Assembly (NCBI GenBank): GCA_951406725.2
Contig: OX597822.1
Coordinates: forward strand, 49,042,001-49,106,000
From: Octopus vulgaris
Lineage: Eukaryota
Reading direction: 5' to 3'
DNA: 64,000 bases
Shown piece after piece: positions 41,911 through 56,227 of the stretch. Within the stretch, counting starts at the first letter, position 1, and each line of letters opens with the position of its first letter. The notes beneath the pieces are model-generated. The model ran no database searches. It saw only the letters and a program-made list of their open reading frames with translations, and was not told the DNA's origin. The position numbers and the translations under genes are program-made.

Positions 41911-42730
41911 GAAGCTTGTACTACACACGCGCGCACGCATACACAAACACACGGACACACACACACATGCACACAAACAAGGCAATTTAGAAATTCGTTT
42001 AAACTTTAATATATACTATAATTTTTTATTTATTGATACAATTTTTTTTTCTTTTGTTTATATTTCTAATATTATTTTTGCTATTTTGTCGTGAATCTCT
42101 TTTGATATATATAAATACATTTTGCTATTTTGTGGTGAATCTCTTTGATATATATATATATATACATATGATGGCCATCCATTCGTGACTCTACTATTCT
42201 CACTAAAAATACCAAAGAGTGAATGAAATTACATCCCGAATTCTACTCATTCCAAATGATATACTCTTTCAATTTAGACGACCTCAGTTTTCAAAATATT
42301 TAAACGTTGCTGTGTCAATAAAAAAATTCCATTGACAGTTATGGACTGCATCTTGAGAAATATTGTTCTGCTCATGGTCAATTTTGTGTAGGAAGCTCAA
42401 GAGTTGAAAGCCCATTTAATCTTTTTATTTATGTCCCCTATTAGTAGAACGTTTTGTATACTGAGAGATAACTTCCCAGCTTATATGATACCAGAGCTGG
42501 TATCATTGCAACTCTTTATATCATTACCGAAGAATACTTTACCGAAGAATAATTATATTTATGAGTGGTTTACTTCTTCACAAGAGAAATCCATTAGTGG
42601 TCTTTGAAATAGATGTGCCTTCATTAAGAACCTAAAGAACATTAAAAATCCCAGACCAGCAAAAATAAAAAAAATAGAAAAATAAAAAACGGTATCTTTC
42701 AGACAAACCTATTATAATATGATGTTTTAA

Positions 42731-42927
42731 GGCGGCGAGCTGGCAGAATCGTTAGAATTCCTACCAAAATGCTTAGCAGAATTTCGCCTGTTTTTATGTC
42801 CTGAGTTCAAATACCGCCGATGTCAAGTTTGCCTCTCATCCTTTCGGGGTCAATGAAATAAGCACCAGTTGAACACTATCTCACTCCCCGACAATTTCAG
42901 ACCTTGTGAATATAGTAGAAAGGATTA
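42731..42927 (+). mobile_element. SINE family B, diverged
   Basis: Head ggcggcgagctggcagaatcgttag. Confidence 0.8.
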
Positions 42928-43275
42928 TATGTTTTTACTTAATTTCCATCTGATGAGATCTTTCATACTTTAATAATTCCCCTTAAAAAGCAAAAAAAAT
43001 GAGTAAACATACAAAAAGACAAGGTATCTTTTTGTGGCCAATGAACCTGCTATAAATAACAACTAAATTTCCCCCCAATTAACATGGAAAATGGAAAAAC
43101 CTGTTTTTAAATACATTTTACCCGAAACTAAACGTACAGTAGTTCTGCTTAAAGAGACCTAAATAATAACGGTATATAACAATAACTTTATAAACATTAC
43201 GCAATGAAATCTTGAGAAGACTGAGAACAGGTGAAAGCGCTAGATTCAAGCTCGAGACTGTAATCTCTCTTTCGC

Positions 43276-44190
<915 letters not shown>

Positions 44191-44564
44191 GACAAGAAAT
44201 AATTTTTGGCTCTTTTTATGAAGATCAAAGAGTTTATAAGACTGCAAAAAAGAAGTGTTCAAATGTAATTGAAACAGAGATAGAAAAATATTGATCAGAG
44301 AACAAATATCAAGTCGACGACTTTATATGTAATACCACGCCTCCAAAACATTTGATCATATATAAAAATACAGATATATAGAACGGCCTATCAAGAAGGT
44401 ATATACAATCGACTAAAAATTCTAAAGTATGTCATACGACTAAAAATCTAAATAAAATAAAATATCAATCGACAAAAACATATGTCAAAAAAGTTCAATT
44501 CATAAAAACCATGGTAGATTGGAGTTCAAGAGCAAAAAGAATTTCACAAAATCAAGTCAAACAT

Positions 44565-44623
44565 ATCTATGGCCATTTCGGGAGTTCATTACCGCATCTT
44601 GGCAATGACCCCCTCATCAGGAT
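44565..44623 (-). ncRNA. Type I hammerhead ribozyme motif
   Basis: Minus strand: atc CTGATGA gggggtcattgcc..ggtaatgaactccc GAAA tggcca TA gat. Confidence 0.7.
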
Positions 44624-44819
44624 GAATAGGAATCTCAACAAATTGTTCGTTTACAACGCCACATGGCTAATTTAAAAATAGTAATCCATCACAGGACCAG
44701 TTCAAATTTTCTAACACACTAAAAAAAAAAAATTACTATTTCATTGCTAACCATGCAGGTGGCTGCTAATAATAGGAATGTTTAGTATTCGGTTTCAAAA
44801 TCCCGTAAAACTAAATATT

Positions 44820-45230
44820 ATTTGCCACATCTTATTCTACTTTTATATACTTTCAGAAAAGTAGAAGAAAACTTATGGTTGCAAAAAGGGATCACCTCTG
44901 TAAATTTATTTAATGTTTTAGGCCCAAAGGATTTAAGGATGGCAAGAAAACCCCTTACACACAACTTACACTTGTTAATATTAACTCTAAAATAACAGAC
45001 CATCAAAATAATAACTTTTTTTATTCCTCTTTAAACCATGTATATAAGAGGCAAGTGTAGTGGAGTTACAATATTTTTCGTTCGAAAACGAATTCATCTG
45101 GGCCCTATACCTTGCCTTAAAACTGACAGTACCGCCTATGTAAAACCTATCCAAAATTACCCTCCTCTTTAACAACGTATTTATATATAGCACTAGTAGT
45201 CAGCAGAATCCGTTAAGGGGACATAATGTA
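44820..45230 (-). pseudogene. Penelope-like GIY-YIG endonuclease remnant
   Basis: FYIGGTVSFKARYRAQMNSF..TTLASYIHGLK. Confidence 0.75.
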
Positions 45231-45520
45231 GGATTTCTAGAATTACAAGGTTTACCAGAACCACCCATAGCCCTATTACTAATACTAACATTACTTATCT
45301 GGCTTCCTGCGTTCTTTCGTTCAGATATCTCATTAGTATATTTGCCACTTAAACCCCTTAAAGGTTAGCCACATTTAAGTGGCAAATATACTTCACGATG
45401 TCGTGCAGCTACTGTTTATACATCGTTCAGAGATTTATTATTGCTTGTTTACACCTTTTTCGAAAAAAGGATATATATTTGCAAAGGGAACTCACTTTTC
45501 ATCGGCAAATCGGTGATTGT

Positions 45521-45565
45521 CACACGCTGATGACGGGTCGATACCCAGAAACTCGAGTCCGTGTG
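45521..45565 (+). ncRNA. Minimal type I hammerhead ribozyme motif
   Basis: cacacg CTGATGA cgggt-cgat-accca GAAA ctcgag TC cgtgtg. Confidence 0.85.
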
Positions 45566-46166
45566 TATCATGTCAGATTGAAGATGGGAAGGATGGCTTC
45601 CCTTTGCTAATACTGATGGGGCACAGAATGTGTGTCAATAGCCAGCTGGAGGAGTGTCTTGGGGCTACAAGCTACAGTAGCATCCACCCTTAAGGGTAAG
45701 CCACATTTAAGTGGCAAATATACTTCACGACATATATATATAAATTTATCAACATTTTTCTTATTTATTGCGTAATTTAACATAACTTAATTTAATATAG
45801 TAGTCCCTATATGAATTTCTTTATCGACTTTTACTATCCTTCCTACTAATAGTTAAACTTGGATTATTTGTTTTTTATTTGTATATATTTATATATTTTT
45901 GCCTAATTTGTTGTTTATGTTATCGGTTATCCATCAACCAACCATAACAAAGTCATGGCTTTTCAAAACAATAGATGACCAATTAGATTACGGGACTGTC
46001 CATAACCCCCTCTCCATTTCCCGCAGGATTTCAACAACTCGATAAACAAAAAGTAATGGAAAATAATAAAGTACCTTGATTAATACCCGGAAATTTATTG
46101 TGGACCTTATTGTGGACTTTTCTCTCAAGCCTTCAATAGAAAACATATCGCATGTTTATATGTATG

Positions 46167-46258
<92 letters not shown>

Positions 46259-46580
46259 TTTATGTATGTAGGTATGTGTGTGTGTTTGTGTATAATTGTA
46301 TAATTATTATAATTATATCAAAAGAAAAATACAAACTACTACAGTAATCCCCCCTTCTCAACACATGAAATATGTATGTACCTATGGGTATGTTTGGACA
46401 TAAATGTGTATGTATATATATATATGTATGTATTCCTAATTTATATACCTTTTCTTTCTTACAAAACTACAATAATCTTAAGATAGATTGATTATTTAAA
46501 TTCCACTATCATTTCTCTTTTTAATAATTTACTCTTTCCTCTGTTTATACTTTATCTAATAAGAATAATATAATACACCT

Positions 46581-46620
<40 letters not shown>

Positions 46621-47043
46621 TCAAGCTTGAATCAATGAGAAGATCATTGATAGAATTTCCGAAAGACTATCAAGATACCTATACGCGTATATCTATTTAT
46701 ATTGTACTTTCGCACAATGCAGAGGGAATGAATTTGAGTGACTTTTAACATAATTTACTTTCAGGTATGGATGAACTGAGTTTAGTTTTAACCTCCCCAT
46801 TCTTATCGTGAGTGCACGAAAACATATGTGTGCGTATGCTTACATTTTCGCAGATGCTTCTATTAGGGAGTCTACACACGCCATGCAGTTTGCGTGAGGT
46901 CGTTTATGCATCCATATTTGCTAACGGTTATTTTAAATACTTTTCTCGCTGTATTGCGTGTTCGTTTCCTTTTTGCTGCATTCCTTTCTACGAAACACGA
47001 AGACACATTGCGAAACTGTTATTTTAACGAGTTGTGTGTATTT

Positions 47044-47149
47044 ATCACCCGATGAGACACATCTGAACCGCCGGATGCTTCTGAACCAGTTGTTAAGTGT
47101 CCCACACGTGAGGGATTGATGCTAAATGTGTCGAAACATGTGTCGTGAT
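47044..47149 (+). ncRNA. Hammerhead motif with one core mutation (CCGATGA)
   Basis: atcac CCGATGA gacacat...atgtgtc GAAA catgtg TC gtgat. Confidence 0.65.
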
Positions 47150-47192
47150 TAATAATAAATTCTCGTATGTTCCATCTTCCGCCTTTCCTTTA

Positions 47193-47293
<101 letters not shown>

Positions 47294-48672
47294 CGATATA
47301 GTTGTGTGTATGTGTGTAAGTTTAAACATACTTTTATTTACTTGCAAAGGTGTTTACTCTCATTATATATACTACTATATCATACATATATGTACCTCAA
47401 AGACTCACATATTTCACACATGAACACGGACGTACACACACATAGGCATACATCTATGAATGCATACATGCATGCATACATACATATAGATACATATATA
47501 CATACATACATATAAATGTATACACCTATTTATATAAAAACAGAATCAAGGTGGTTTGAATATCGACAATCTTGTTTTGTTTTCCTTTGCCTCTGGGAAC
47601 AGTATGAAACGTGATTTCTTCGTGACGAAGAGAGACCAATAAATCACGTATTTGGTTATCTTCTCTTCTAAGACAATTTCTTTTCAAGCCAGCCCAACAT
47701 ACAATCACAAGTGAACACAATGTAACGGAATCAATAATCTGCGATTATGTTAAGTAATGGCCTTCCAGTTTTATTTTAAAACTATGCAATGTCTACTCCT
47801 CCCCTTCGGAACTTTATTTTCAAAGTTATGTAGACGATGGTTGTATATTAAAACATTCTGCAAGAAATACTCTTACTGTCAATTCCCAAACGTTGGAAGA
47901 GAATTTGTACAGCTGTCATCACATTTATCATAATTTGGTAGGAAATTAAATGGAAAAGTGTCATACACTATTTCGAAAATGAAAGGACCCTTTCAGTAAT
48001 ACTCAATACTGTTTCCGCACAGAATGGAAATATTTTATATAGCCTATCAGAATATTCGACCAAAATATGGCTTTAATTATCTGGATCAGTAATTAATTGC
48101 GCATTGATTATGTGAACCCATTTATTTGAAGTCATACATGTTGTCGAATTATTGTAGTCATAAACAGAAATATCTTTGTATGTATATCAAGAAAAAAGAG
48201 CAGTGAACTAAGTGATTTCTTTAAATAAATGATACTTAATTGTAGCAAATAGATATCTTGTGAAAACAAAATATTAAGTGAGATTTCATCATGTATCACA
48301 CCGAGTGAGATCTCTTTACGTTTGTTGGATAGAGATAAAACGGTACATTACTATTCTGTGCAGATAACACTAAATTTTAATTCAAAGTAATGGTGGTTCG
48401 CGAAAAAGTAGCTTGGGTTCTGAAGCATAGTGTAAATACAGAAATAAATTTACACATACACACAAAAGCACCAAGCCTTTCGTTTGCAAATGTCATTATG
48501 CTATTTCGACTGCTTATAACTGCTGAACAAAGATGGGACACTAGTCGACTGTTTGCTATGTTATCCTCACTGGCTCCTCACCACATTAGTTGACTGTAAG
48601 ATTGCATTGAGTGAACTTCTCTAGCCTTTTTCTGTAAGATTGGATTGAGAGAACGCATCTAGCCTGATCTGC

Positions 48673-48790
48673 ATGTCGACGTACTCAGTAGCTGAAAGAG
48701 TTGTGATTGTGGAAGCGTATGTGAGAACGGATTCTGTTAAGCAAACGCGTGAAATCTTTGAAGTTAAGTTTCCGAGTAAAAGCAGTGATT
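48673..48790 (+). pseudogene. N-terminal fragment resembling a Tc1/mariner-superfamily transposase HTH (DUF4817-like)
   Basis: Hand translation MSTYSVAERVVIVEAYVRTDSVKQTREIFEVKFPS. Family assignment is from pattern recall only. Confidence 0.45.
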
Positions 48791-50210
48791 TTCGATTACT
48801 GCAGTCCTGTAACTGAAGCAAATAAACGCGTTGACATGTAAAGGACTAAACATGGACGACTGGGTGGTAACGTTCAACAATTTCAATGGCCATCCTATTG
48901 ATAAATTTCAGTAAAATCAAATAAATATATTTATTTTATATAATTTAAATGTTTAGACATTATATTAGATCTAAATGTAGGCAAGCGCTATTCCTATAGA
49001 AAGCCATATATAGCTTTATAGAGAAAGAAAACTCTAACCACCTCCTTTATTATCATAATAATTTAGTAGGTAATATACATCGGAATGTTTGGAATCTTTC
49101 TTCCAAAAGAGTATAATCCAGTGAGCCGCATCCTACCATAACAACACGTTAGCTGCAAACGGCGCCCAGGAAAAAAACTAGAATGCGTTGTTAAGCATTA
49201 GAAATAGGAAAATAAACATCATATGGTTTACCTCCTATTACCGGTAACTTTGCATCCATGATAAATAAGCATTAGCTCTTAGCACACAAGCAAAAATTTT
49301 CCAATAAGAACAGTGTTTAGGTTAGTTACATCTGCTAAAATTATATCGCATCTCAAGTATAAACTCGATCCTTTTGGCTAGAATGCATTTTCAGCAACAA
49401 TAGACATTGCTCAATTAACGGTAAATACCTTACAAATATAATTGTGTATAGAGCAAAGATACAATGTGAAGAGGGTTTTGGGAAAGGCTTCATGGAAATA
49501 AAGGAAAAAAAAATTATTTTTAAGAACGCTACACACGGCACACTCAATTTTGCAGATGCAGCAACAGATTAAAATGCACCTCTTCATTTCATTTGTGTTT
49601 AAGAAGTGAAATAAAATGGAATTAACATCCTTACTATAAACTGGAGAATCGTCGAAACAGTAAACTCATATGCAAATAGAGAAAATGCAAGCTATGTCTC
49701 ACTGAAAGCGTCCCTTCCTTTGGAAAAATATCCGGCAACATCGAACAGTAATAGTCTTACTCTGTATGACACCAAACTGATAATTTTATTGCCACCCGTT
49801 CTCTAATAGCAATACATACAGGTGAAGGTAAGATTGATCATTTATATAAAAATTATCCCATACATATCTGCAACAAACTGACTCTTATTTCTACTATCTT
49901 CACCACTATCAGCAGCCAGTTGGGTCTATATTTTCCGGTTTGTTAAATAGTGATACAGAAAGCAGATTAGATGATACACTCGCTTGCCAAACAGCAATCT
50001 TTTCTCCTTACACTATCCATTTCATTTATTCAGAGAGGTAGTTGGTGTAAAAGGCGGCCTGAGGTATGAGTTACTGAGGAGGATATGATTGGTAACGAGA
50101 GGAAAGGCTAGAAGTATTTCAGGAGCATTTATAGATATACTTACACTAGCTCCACCACATTATCAACTTATAAGTATGTATGTATATGTGCATGTAGTCA
50201 TGCACACACA

Positions 50211-50311
<101 letters not shown>

Positions 50312-51402
50312 GTCAAACAAATATTTATGTTGTTTATACAACAAAGTTTGTAATTAATGTTTTTATGATTTCTCGTCGCAAGACGAAATCAAAAGCAGGA
50401 TCTGTTATAAACTATCGCTATGCGATGATAATAAATTATATTCATTCGAAAGAAATATTTAAAAGACAAAATTTAAAAAAGACCCAAACTGGTCAGGAAA
50501 TTTTTCTAGTTTGTTTATTTTAGAGTTATCATGTGAAAGCAAAGCTGTTACATTCTATCTCTTATGTTTATAGTTTATCAGAACTATAACACCTTGCTTT
50601 AGTTATGACAAACACCTCATAATCATCTTGATTGCATCTAGGTAGATAATGTTACTATAGAATTCTCTTGATAAATGTTGCGCTTATTGTTTTTGTGACG
50701 ATATTGCCGGCGTCGTATATTGTCTCGCATGAAACAATATATCTGTCACAATGTTGCTGTGACGTTGTTGTTATTGTAATGAATAAGCAAACCTATGATG
50801 AAAAGTGTTTCAACCGTGACCTAAAGATTTCGGGCTTACTTTGCCCAACTTAGAGCTAAATGTCCACAAATTCACACCGTATCGTCTTAAAGAAAGGACG
50901 GACATAACGTAATGAATAATGTAATCCTGGATATACTATGGTTGATGCGTGAAGAAAAGATGTAGTAACAGATGGCACATACTTAATCATAAGTTTGATC
51001 AAGGTCGGCAAAAGCTATAACAAAGCTTCTGTACCGGACTATAATGCTTTTGAAAAGTATAATGTTATTGTTGTTTTGACCAAGGTCTTTTATCGAGCAG
51101 GCCCACGTTTGGTTATCCTTTATATTTTTAAGATGTAGGGTGTAAATTGTGGAAGTTCGCTCTTTCTAGCAAATCGAGCGAAAACGTAGAGGTTTTTTTG
51201 TCGATCCGCAGTATTTTACCGGTAGCCTGATTATAAATTTTCAGAATGTTACATTCATCTTTGGAGAGGAAATATATAGTTTAAATACATTAACCTACGG
51301 TCATTTCCTTCTGCTTGGTTATTGAAGGTTACCAAGTACCCTATTCCTGGAAATGAATATATATATATGTATATTGTACTGGACTGTATTCAAACTCAGA
51401 GT

Positions 51403-51710
51403 ATGTATTTCTAAACTAAGAGTGGTAACTCTCTTATCTACTTGACTGTTGCTTTAAATATCAGGAATCTTTGAAATCCCTTGTGTCTGTGGTATAGTTT
51501 CTTAGTTTAGAAATTAAAGTTTAAGTCTTCAGTCCTGTACTGCGTAGGTATCCAAATACAGCTCGAAAAGCTTTAATCGTAGTAACTGTGACTTCTTTTA
51601 GATATTTAATGACATCGGGTTGATATTGATCAGATTACAGTGTTAGTGACGTATAGTGATAATGGAGCAATCGTTGGCTTCGACCATGAGCATTCCGTTG
51701 TTCTATCAAC
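51403..51710. repeat. Left copy of a 308-bp direct duplication flanking the RTE element
   Basis: Matches 52420-52727, with two mismatches seen. Confidence 0.92.
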
Positions 51711-52419
51711 AGCGCGTTTGGGAGACTGCGCAAGAAAGTCTGGGAGCGGAGAGGAATCAGCCTCAACACCAAGCTGAAAGTCTACCGGGTAGTCGTGCTT
51801 ACCACCCTACTATACGGCTGCGAGACGTGGACTGCTTACCGAAGGCACGAGCGCCAGATAAACCACTTCCATCTCAGGTGTCTTCGGAACCTCCTTCACA
51901 TCCGCTGGCAGGACAAAGTCCCAGACACGGAAGTTCTGAAGCAGGCAGATCTCCCTAGCACCATCACAATCATGCGCAAGGCCCAGCTGAGATGGGCGGG
52001 CCACGTCTCCCGCATGTCCGTCACTCGCATCCCAAAACAGCTCTTCTACGGTGAACTCGGCCAGGGCAGGCGCAAAGTCGGAGGGCAGAAGAAGCGCTAC
52101 AAGAATAGTCTCAAGGTCTCTCTCAAATACTTCTCCATCGGAACAGAGACCTGAGAGACACTTGCTGCCAACCGCTCATCCTGGCGCAGCGCAACCACCG
52201 TGGGAGCAGGGACGGATTCGGTCAGCGGAGCAGAAACGTCAGATGCGTAAAGCCAGAGCCGCCTGCACCAGTAGCACGGCCCCTACCCACTTCTGCCCCA
52301 CCTGTGGGAGGGGCTTCCTTGCCCGGATTGGCCTCACCAGCCACCTCCGGTCTCATGGCGGAAGTTCCATCAGATGATGTCAGTTGGTCATCTTTGAACC
52401 GAAGGACGAACATAATCTA
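51711..52419 (+). mobile_element. 5'-truncated RTE-clade LINE
   Basis: SAFGRL..TLLYGCETW..QLRWAGHVSRM..PKQLFYGEL, and C-terminal CPTCGRGF..GLTSHLRSH. Confidence 0.92.
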
Positions 52420-52727
52420 ATGTATTTCTAAACTAAGAGTGGTAACTCTCTTATCTACTTGACTGTTGCTTTAAATATCAGGAATCTTTGAAATCCCTTG
52501 TGTCAGTGGTATAGTTTCTTAGTTTAGAAATTAAAGTTTAAGTCTTCAGTCCTGTACTGCGTAGGTATCCAAATGCAGCTCGAAAAGCTTTAATCGTAGT
52601 AACTGTGACTTCTTTTAGATATTTAATGACATCGGGTTGATATTGATCAGATTACAGTGTTAGTGACGTATAGTGATAATGGAGCAATCGTTGGCTTCGA
52701 CCATGAGCATTCCGTTGTTCTATCAAC
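52420..52727. repeat. Right copy of the 308-bp direct duplication
   Basis: Matches 51403-51710. Confidence 0.92.
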
Positions 52728-53019
52728 TGAATAACTCGTTAAGTAAATGAGCATTTCACTTATATGTGTGATCTTAACTCAATTCTTAGAGGGAATCAGC
52801 TCGACACAATATGTGTCTGAGTCAGGTCCTTTGAAGTACAAGAACAGTTCACCAAAAATGCATCCACAAAGTTCTATCCAAAATTCTTTCACAAAGCTTG
52901 AGCAAAAAGGCGACTATGGTAAAAAATACTTGCTCAAAATGGTACACAGAGGGATTAAACCGAAGACATCATGATTACGAAGAGAGCTTTAACTACACTT
53001 GCGTCTAGTGAACAGTATA

Positions 53020-53418
53020 TATTGATTTCAAATTTGGGTACAAGGCCAACGATTTCCTGGGAGGGGGAAGTCGATTGCATCGATCTCAGTGATCAACTGG
53101 TACTTATTTTATCAACCCGAAAGGATGAAAGGCAAAGTCAACTTCGGAGGAATTTGGATTCAGAACGTAAAGACGAAAGAAATACCTATTTATTTACTAC
53201 CCACAAGGGGCTAAACACAGAGAGGACAAACAAGGACAGACAAACGGATTAAGTCGATTATATCGACCTTAATGCGTAACTGGTACTTATTTAATCGACC
53301 CCGTAAGGATGAAAGGCAAAGTCGACTCGGCGGAATTTGAACTCAGAACGAAGCGGCAGACGAAATACCGCTAAGCATTTCGCCCGGCGTGCTAACGTTT
53401 CTGCCAGCTTGCCACCTT
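53020..53418 (-). mobile_element. Two tandem or nested SINE family B copies with different tails
   Basis: The full copy 53187-53418 runs directly into a headless copy at 53020-53186. Confidence 0.85.
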
Positions 53419-53451
53419 ATATGTAGTGTACATATTGATAATATATATATG

Positions 53452-53705
53452 AAGGCGCACGGCCTAGCAGTTAGTGGTGTTGTACTATCAACCGCGAGAT
53501 CATGGTTTCGATTCCCAGACCAGCAGTGAGTTGTGTTCTTGAGCAAAACACTTCAATTTGTGTTGTTCAAGTCCACTCATCAGTTAATAGGTAACCCTGC
53601 AATGGACTGGCGTTCTGTTCAAGGATATTGGCCTGCTTGTCTTCCAGCGGTGTGGCATCTTTCGAAGGATACAACAGCACGAGGAAGCACACTGAGATCA
53701 GTGCA
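53452..53705 (+). mobile_element. Diverged SINE family C-like copy
   Basis: aggcgcacggcctagcagttag...ggtttcgattcccagac. Confidence 0.65.
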
Positions 53706-53765
53706 TATATATCTATATCTATATATATATATATAAATGTGTGTGTGTATATGTGTGTGTATATG

Positions 53766-53797
<32 letters not shown>

Positions 53798-54544
53798 TGT
53801 ATGTATGTATGTATGTATGTATGTATGTATGTATGTATGTATGTATGTATGTATATACATACGCCGCAAAAGAGACATGAATATCGCAAAAAAATTTGAG
53901 GGCGTGAGAATATAAAAAAAAATCAATAGTATCATTAAGATTGTTTTTGAAATATTACCAATGTCTTTGAATGCATTAAAAAACGTCTGCAATAATTCTT
54001 ATCTTCCATATTGAAAAGGTAATCAAAGCTTTGAATCATTAATTCAATACACTTTATTTTGTTAATCAAATAAAATAAGATAAAAATAAAAAAAATAAAA
54101 ATTTAATATTTAAAATATCTAATATTGTCAAAAAAGAAGCACAAACAATCTAACAGTTTTTATTCACTCATTTTTCCTTTGTTTAAACTTTCTCATAAAA
54201 TGCTTAAACTAATTATTCCGGAATTTTATGTGCATAATGCACTAAAACAATAACCGGTGAATTAACCAGATAACGAGAAAGTCAAACAGATATCAGTAAG
54301 TTCGTACTTCGTGTGGAGAAGAGGAAAAACAAACTATTATTTCAAACTTAACAACTGAAAATATTTCGTTCTTTCCCATACAAAACAATATCTCTGAAAT
54401 TATATAATCCCACACAGTATACTAACTTACCCCAGTTCATGGACTGCTCTTCATAATTTTTGCCGACGCAGGTCATCAACAAATTCCCATGAATCTTCGT
54501 CGGACATGCTAAAACTACTGACGAAGCCTCTACATGATCCCCCA

Positions 54545-54775
54545 ACCTGCTAGCTGGCAGAAACGTTAGCACGCCGGGCGAAATGCGTAGCCGTATTTCG
54601 TCTGCTGTTACGTTCTGAGTTCAAATTCCGCCGAGGTCGACTTTGCCTTTCATCCTTTCGGGGTCGATAAATTAAGTACCAACTACGCACTGGGGTCGAT
54701 GTAATCGACTTAATCCGTGTGTCTGCCTTTGTTTGTCCCCTCTGTGTTTAGCCCCTTGTGGGTAGTAAAGAAAAA
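54545..54775 (+). mobile_element. SINE family B
   Basis: Near-identical to 15006-15237. Confidence 0.88.
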
Positions 54776-55235
54776 AAATATATATTAACCATATTTCCCG
54801 CTCTTCAAACTACGTTCTATTGCCTTTCAAGAAGGAAAAACATATCTTATACTGTAGTCCTACATACTTCCTCTAAGCAATTTTGTCTTGCTTGCGTTTC
54901 TTTTTATCACAGATCTCGGTTATGGCTGACTTGTGTTTAAACAACGTGAACAGTAACAAGGACAACAACAAAGGTAGTAACAATGACAAAAACAAAATTA
55001 ACTACACCAAAAAACAGCATCAACTCTACGTCCAGAAACTAATGAAGAAAATACAAGTCCAATAATTTCAGTATTTTCTAGATTTTACTTATTTATTATT
55101 TGCAAAACAGATTGTTGATTAGGGGAGTACAGGAAATGAGGAACATAGGGAAGGAGGCGGCACGCCGAATCTAAAAATTCGAACAGATGTACTGAGTTTA
55201 TTTTTCTCTCTCATGTGAATCCTAAAGCATACGTG

Positions 55236-55306
<71 letters not shown>

Positions 55307-55339
55307 CCGCGAAATTGAAAACCGAGCAACAAATGTTAA

Positions 55340-55497
55340 CAAAAGTCTGTTGCCCAACCACATGGCTTCGGGTTCAGTCCTACTTCGTGTCATTTTGGGT
55401 AAGTGTCTTCTACCTTAGCTCCCGGCTGACCAAAGCTTTGTGAGTGGATTTGGGAGACGGAAACCGAAAGAAACTTGTCATATACGCATATATATTT

Positions 55498-55542
<45 letters not shown>

Positions 55543-55707
55543 ATCCCTTGACAACTGGTGTTGGAATTATGTTCCCGTAAGTTAGCGGTTCGGCTAAAAT
55601 GACCAGACTTTAAAAAAAACAAGTGTTGCGGGTCGATTTGTTTGACTAAAATTTTCGAGGCGGTGCTTCAGCATGCTCGCAGTCTAATGACTAAAACAAA
55701 TAAAAGA
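55340..55707 (+). mobile_element. Diverged SINE family A
   Basis: aaccacatggcttcgggttcagtcc...atgactaaaacaaataaaaga. Confidence 0.8.
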
Positions 55708-55871
55708 ATATATATAATTAATTATTAAAATTATAATTAAAGGTATCTAAGAGATACAACCACGCTAGAAATAGCAGCCAAAACTTGACTCTGAAACCAC
55801 ATTAAATGTTCATACAAAATCAGGAGACAAGACAAAGAGACAAAATAAACTAGCAAAAAAATTACTGGATA

Positions 55872-55930
55872 ATTCCAGATCCCGGATTTCTGGTTCTGCA
55901 TAAAAAATGCTTTGCCTTCATCAGTGGAAT
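55872..55930 (-). ncRNA. Type I hammerhead ribozyme motif
   Basis: Minus strand: attcca CTGATGA agg...cca GAAA tccggga TC tggaat. Confidence 0.75.
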
Positions 55931-56191
55931 ATATGCAGATAGTACATAAATGCAAATATATATATATAACTTATAAAATAAGGGCAAAATAAAAATTCTA
56001 ATGCCAAATATGCCGAAAATAGACAAATTGTTAATAACCATTATGATTTAATGCGTCTATTTTCGGCATATTTGGCATTAGAATTTTTCTTTTGCCCTTA
56101 TTTTATAAGTTATTTATAAATTTAATCTTTAAAGGTATTTTTTAATATGCTGGCCATTGATAAAATTTTTTTCGAAAAAATTTTATCCTAC

Positions 56192-56227
<36 letters not shown>

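Noticed and set aside
51403-52727. 308-bp direct repeats as LTRs
   Set aside because: The interior is an RTE LINE 3' end. No primer-binding site, polypurine tract, gag or integrase was recognised.
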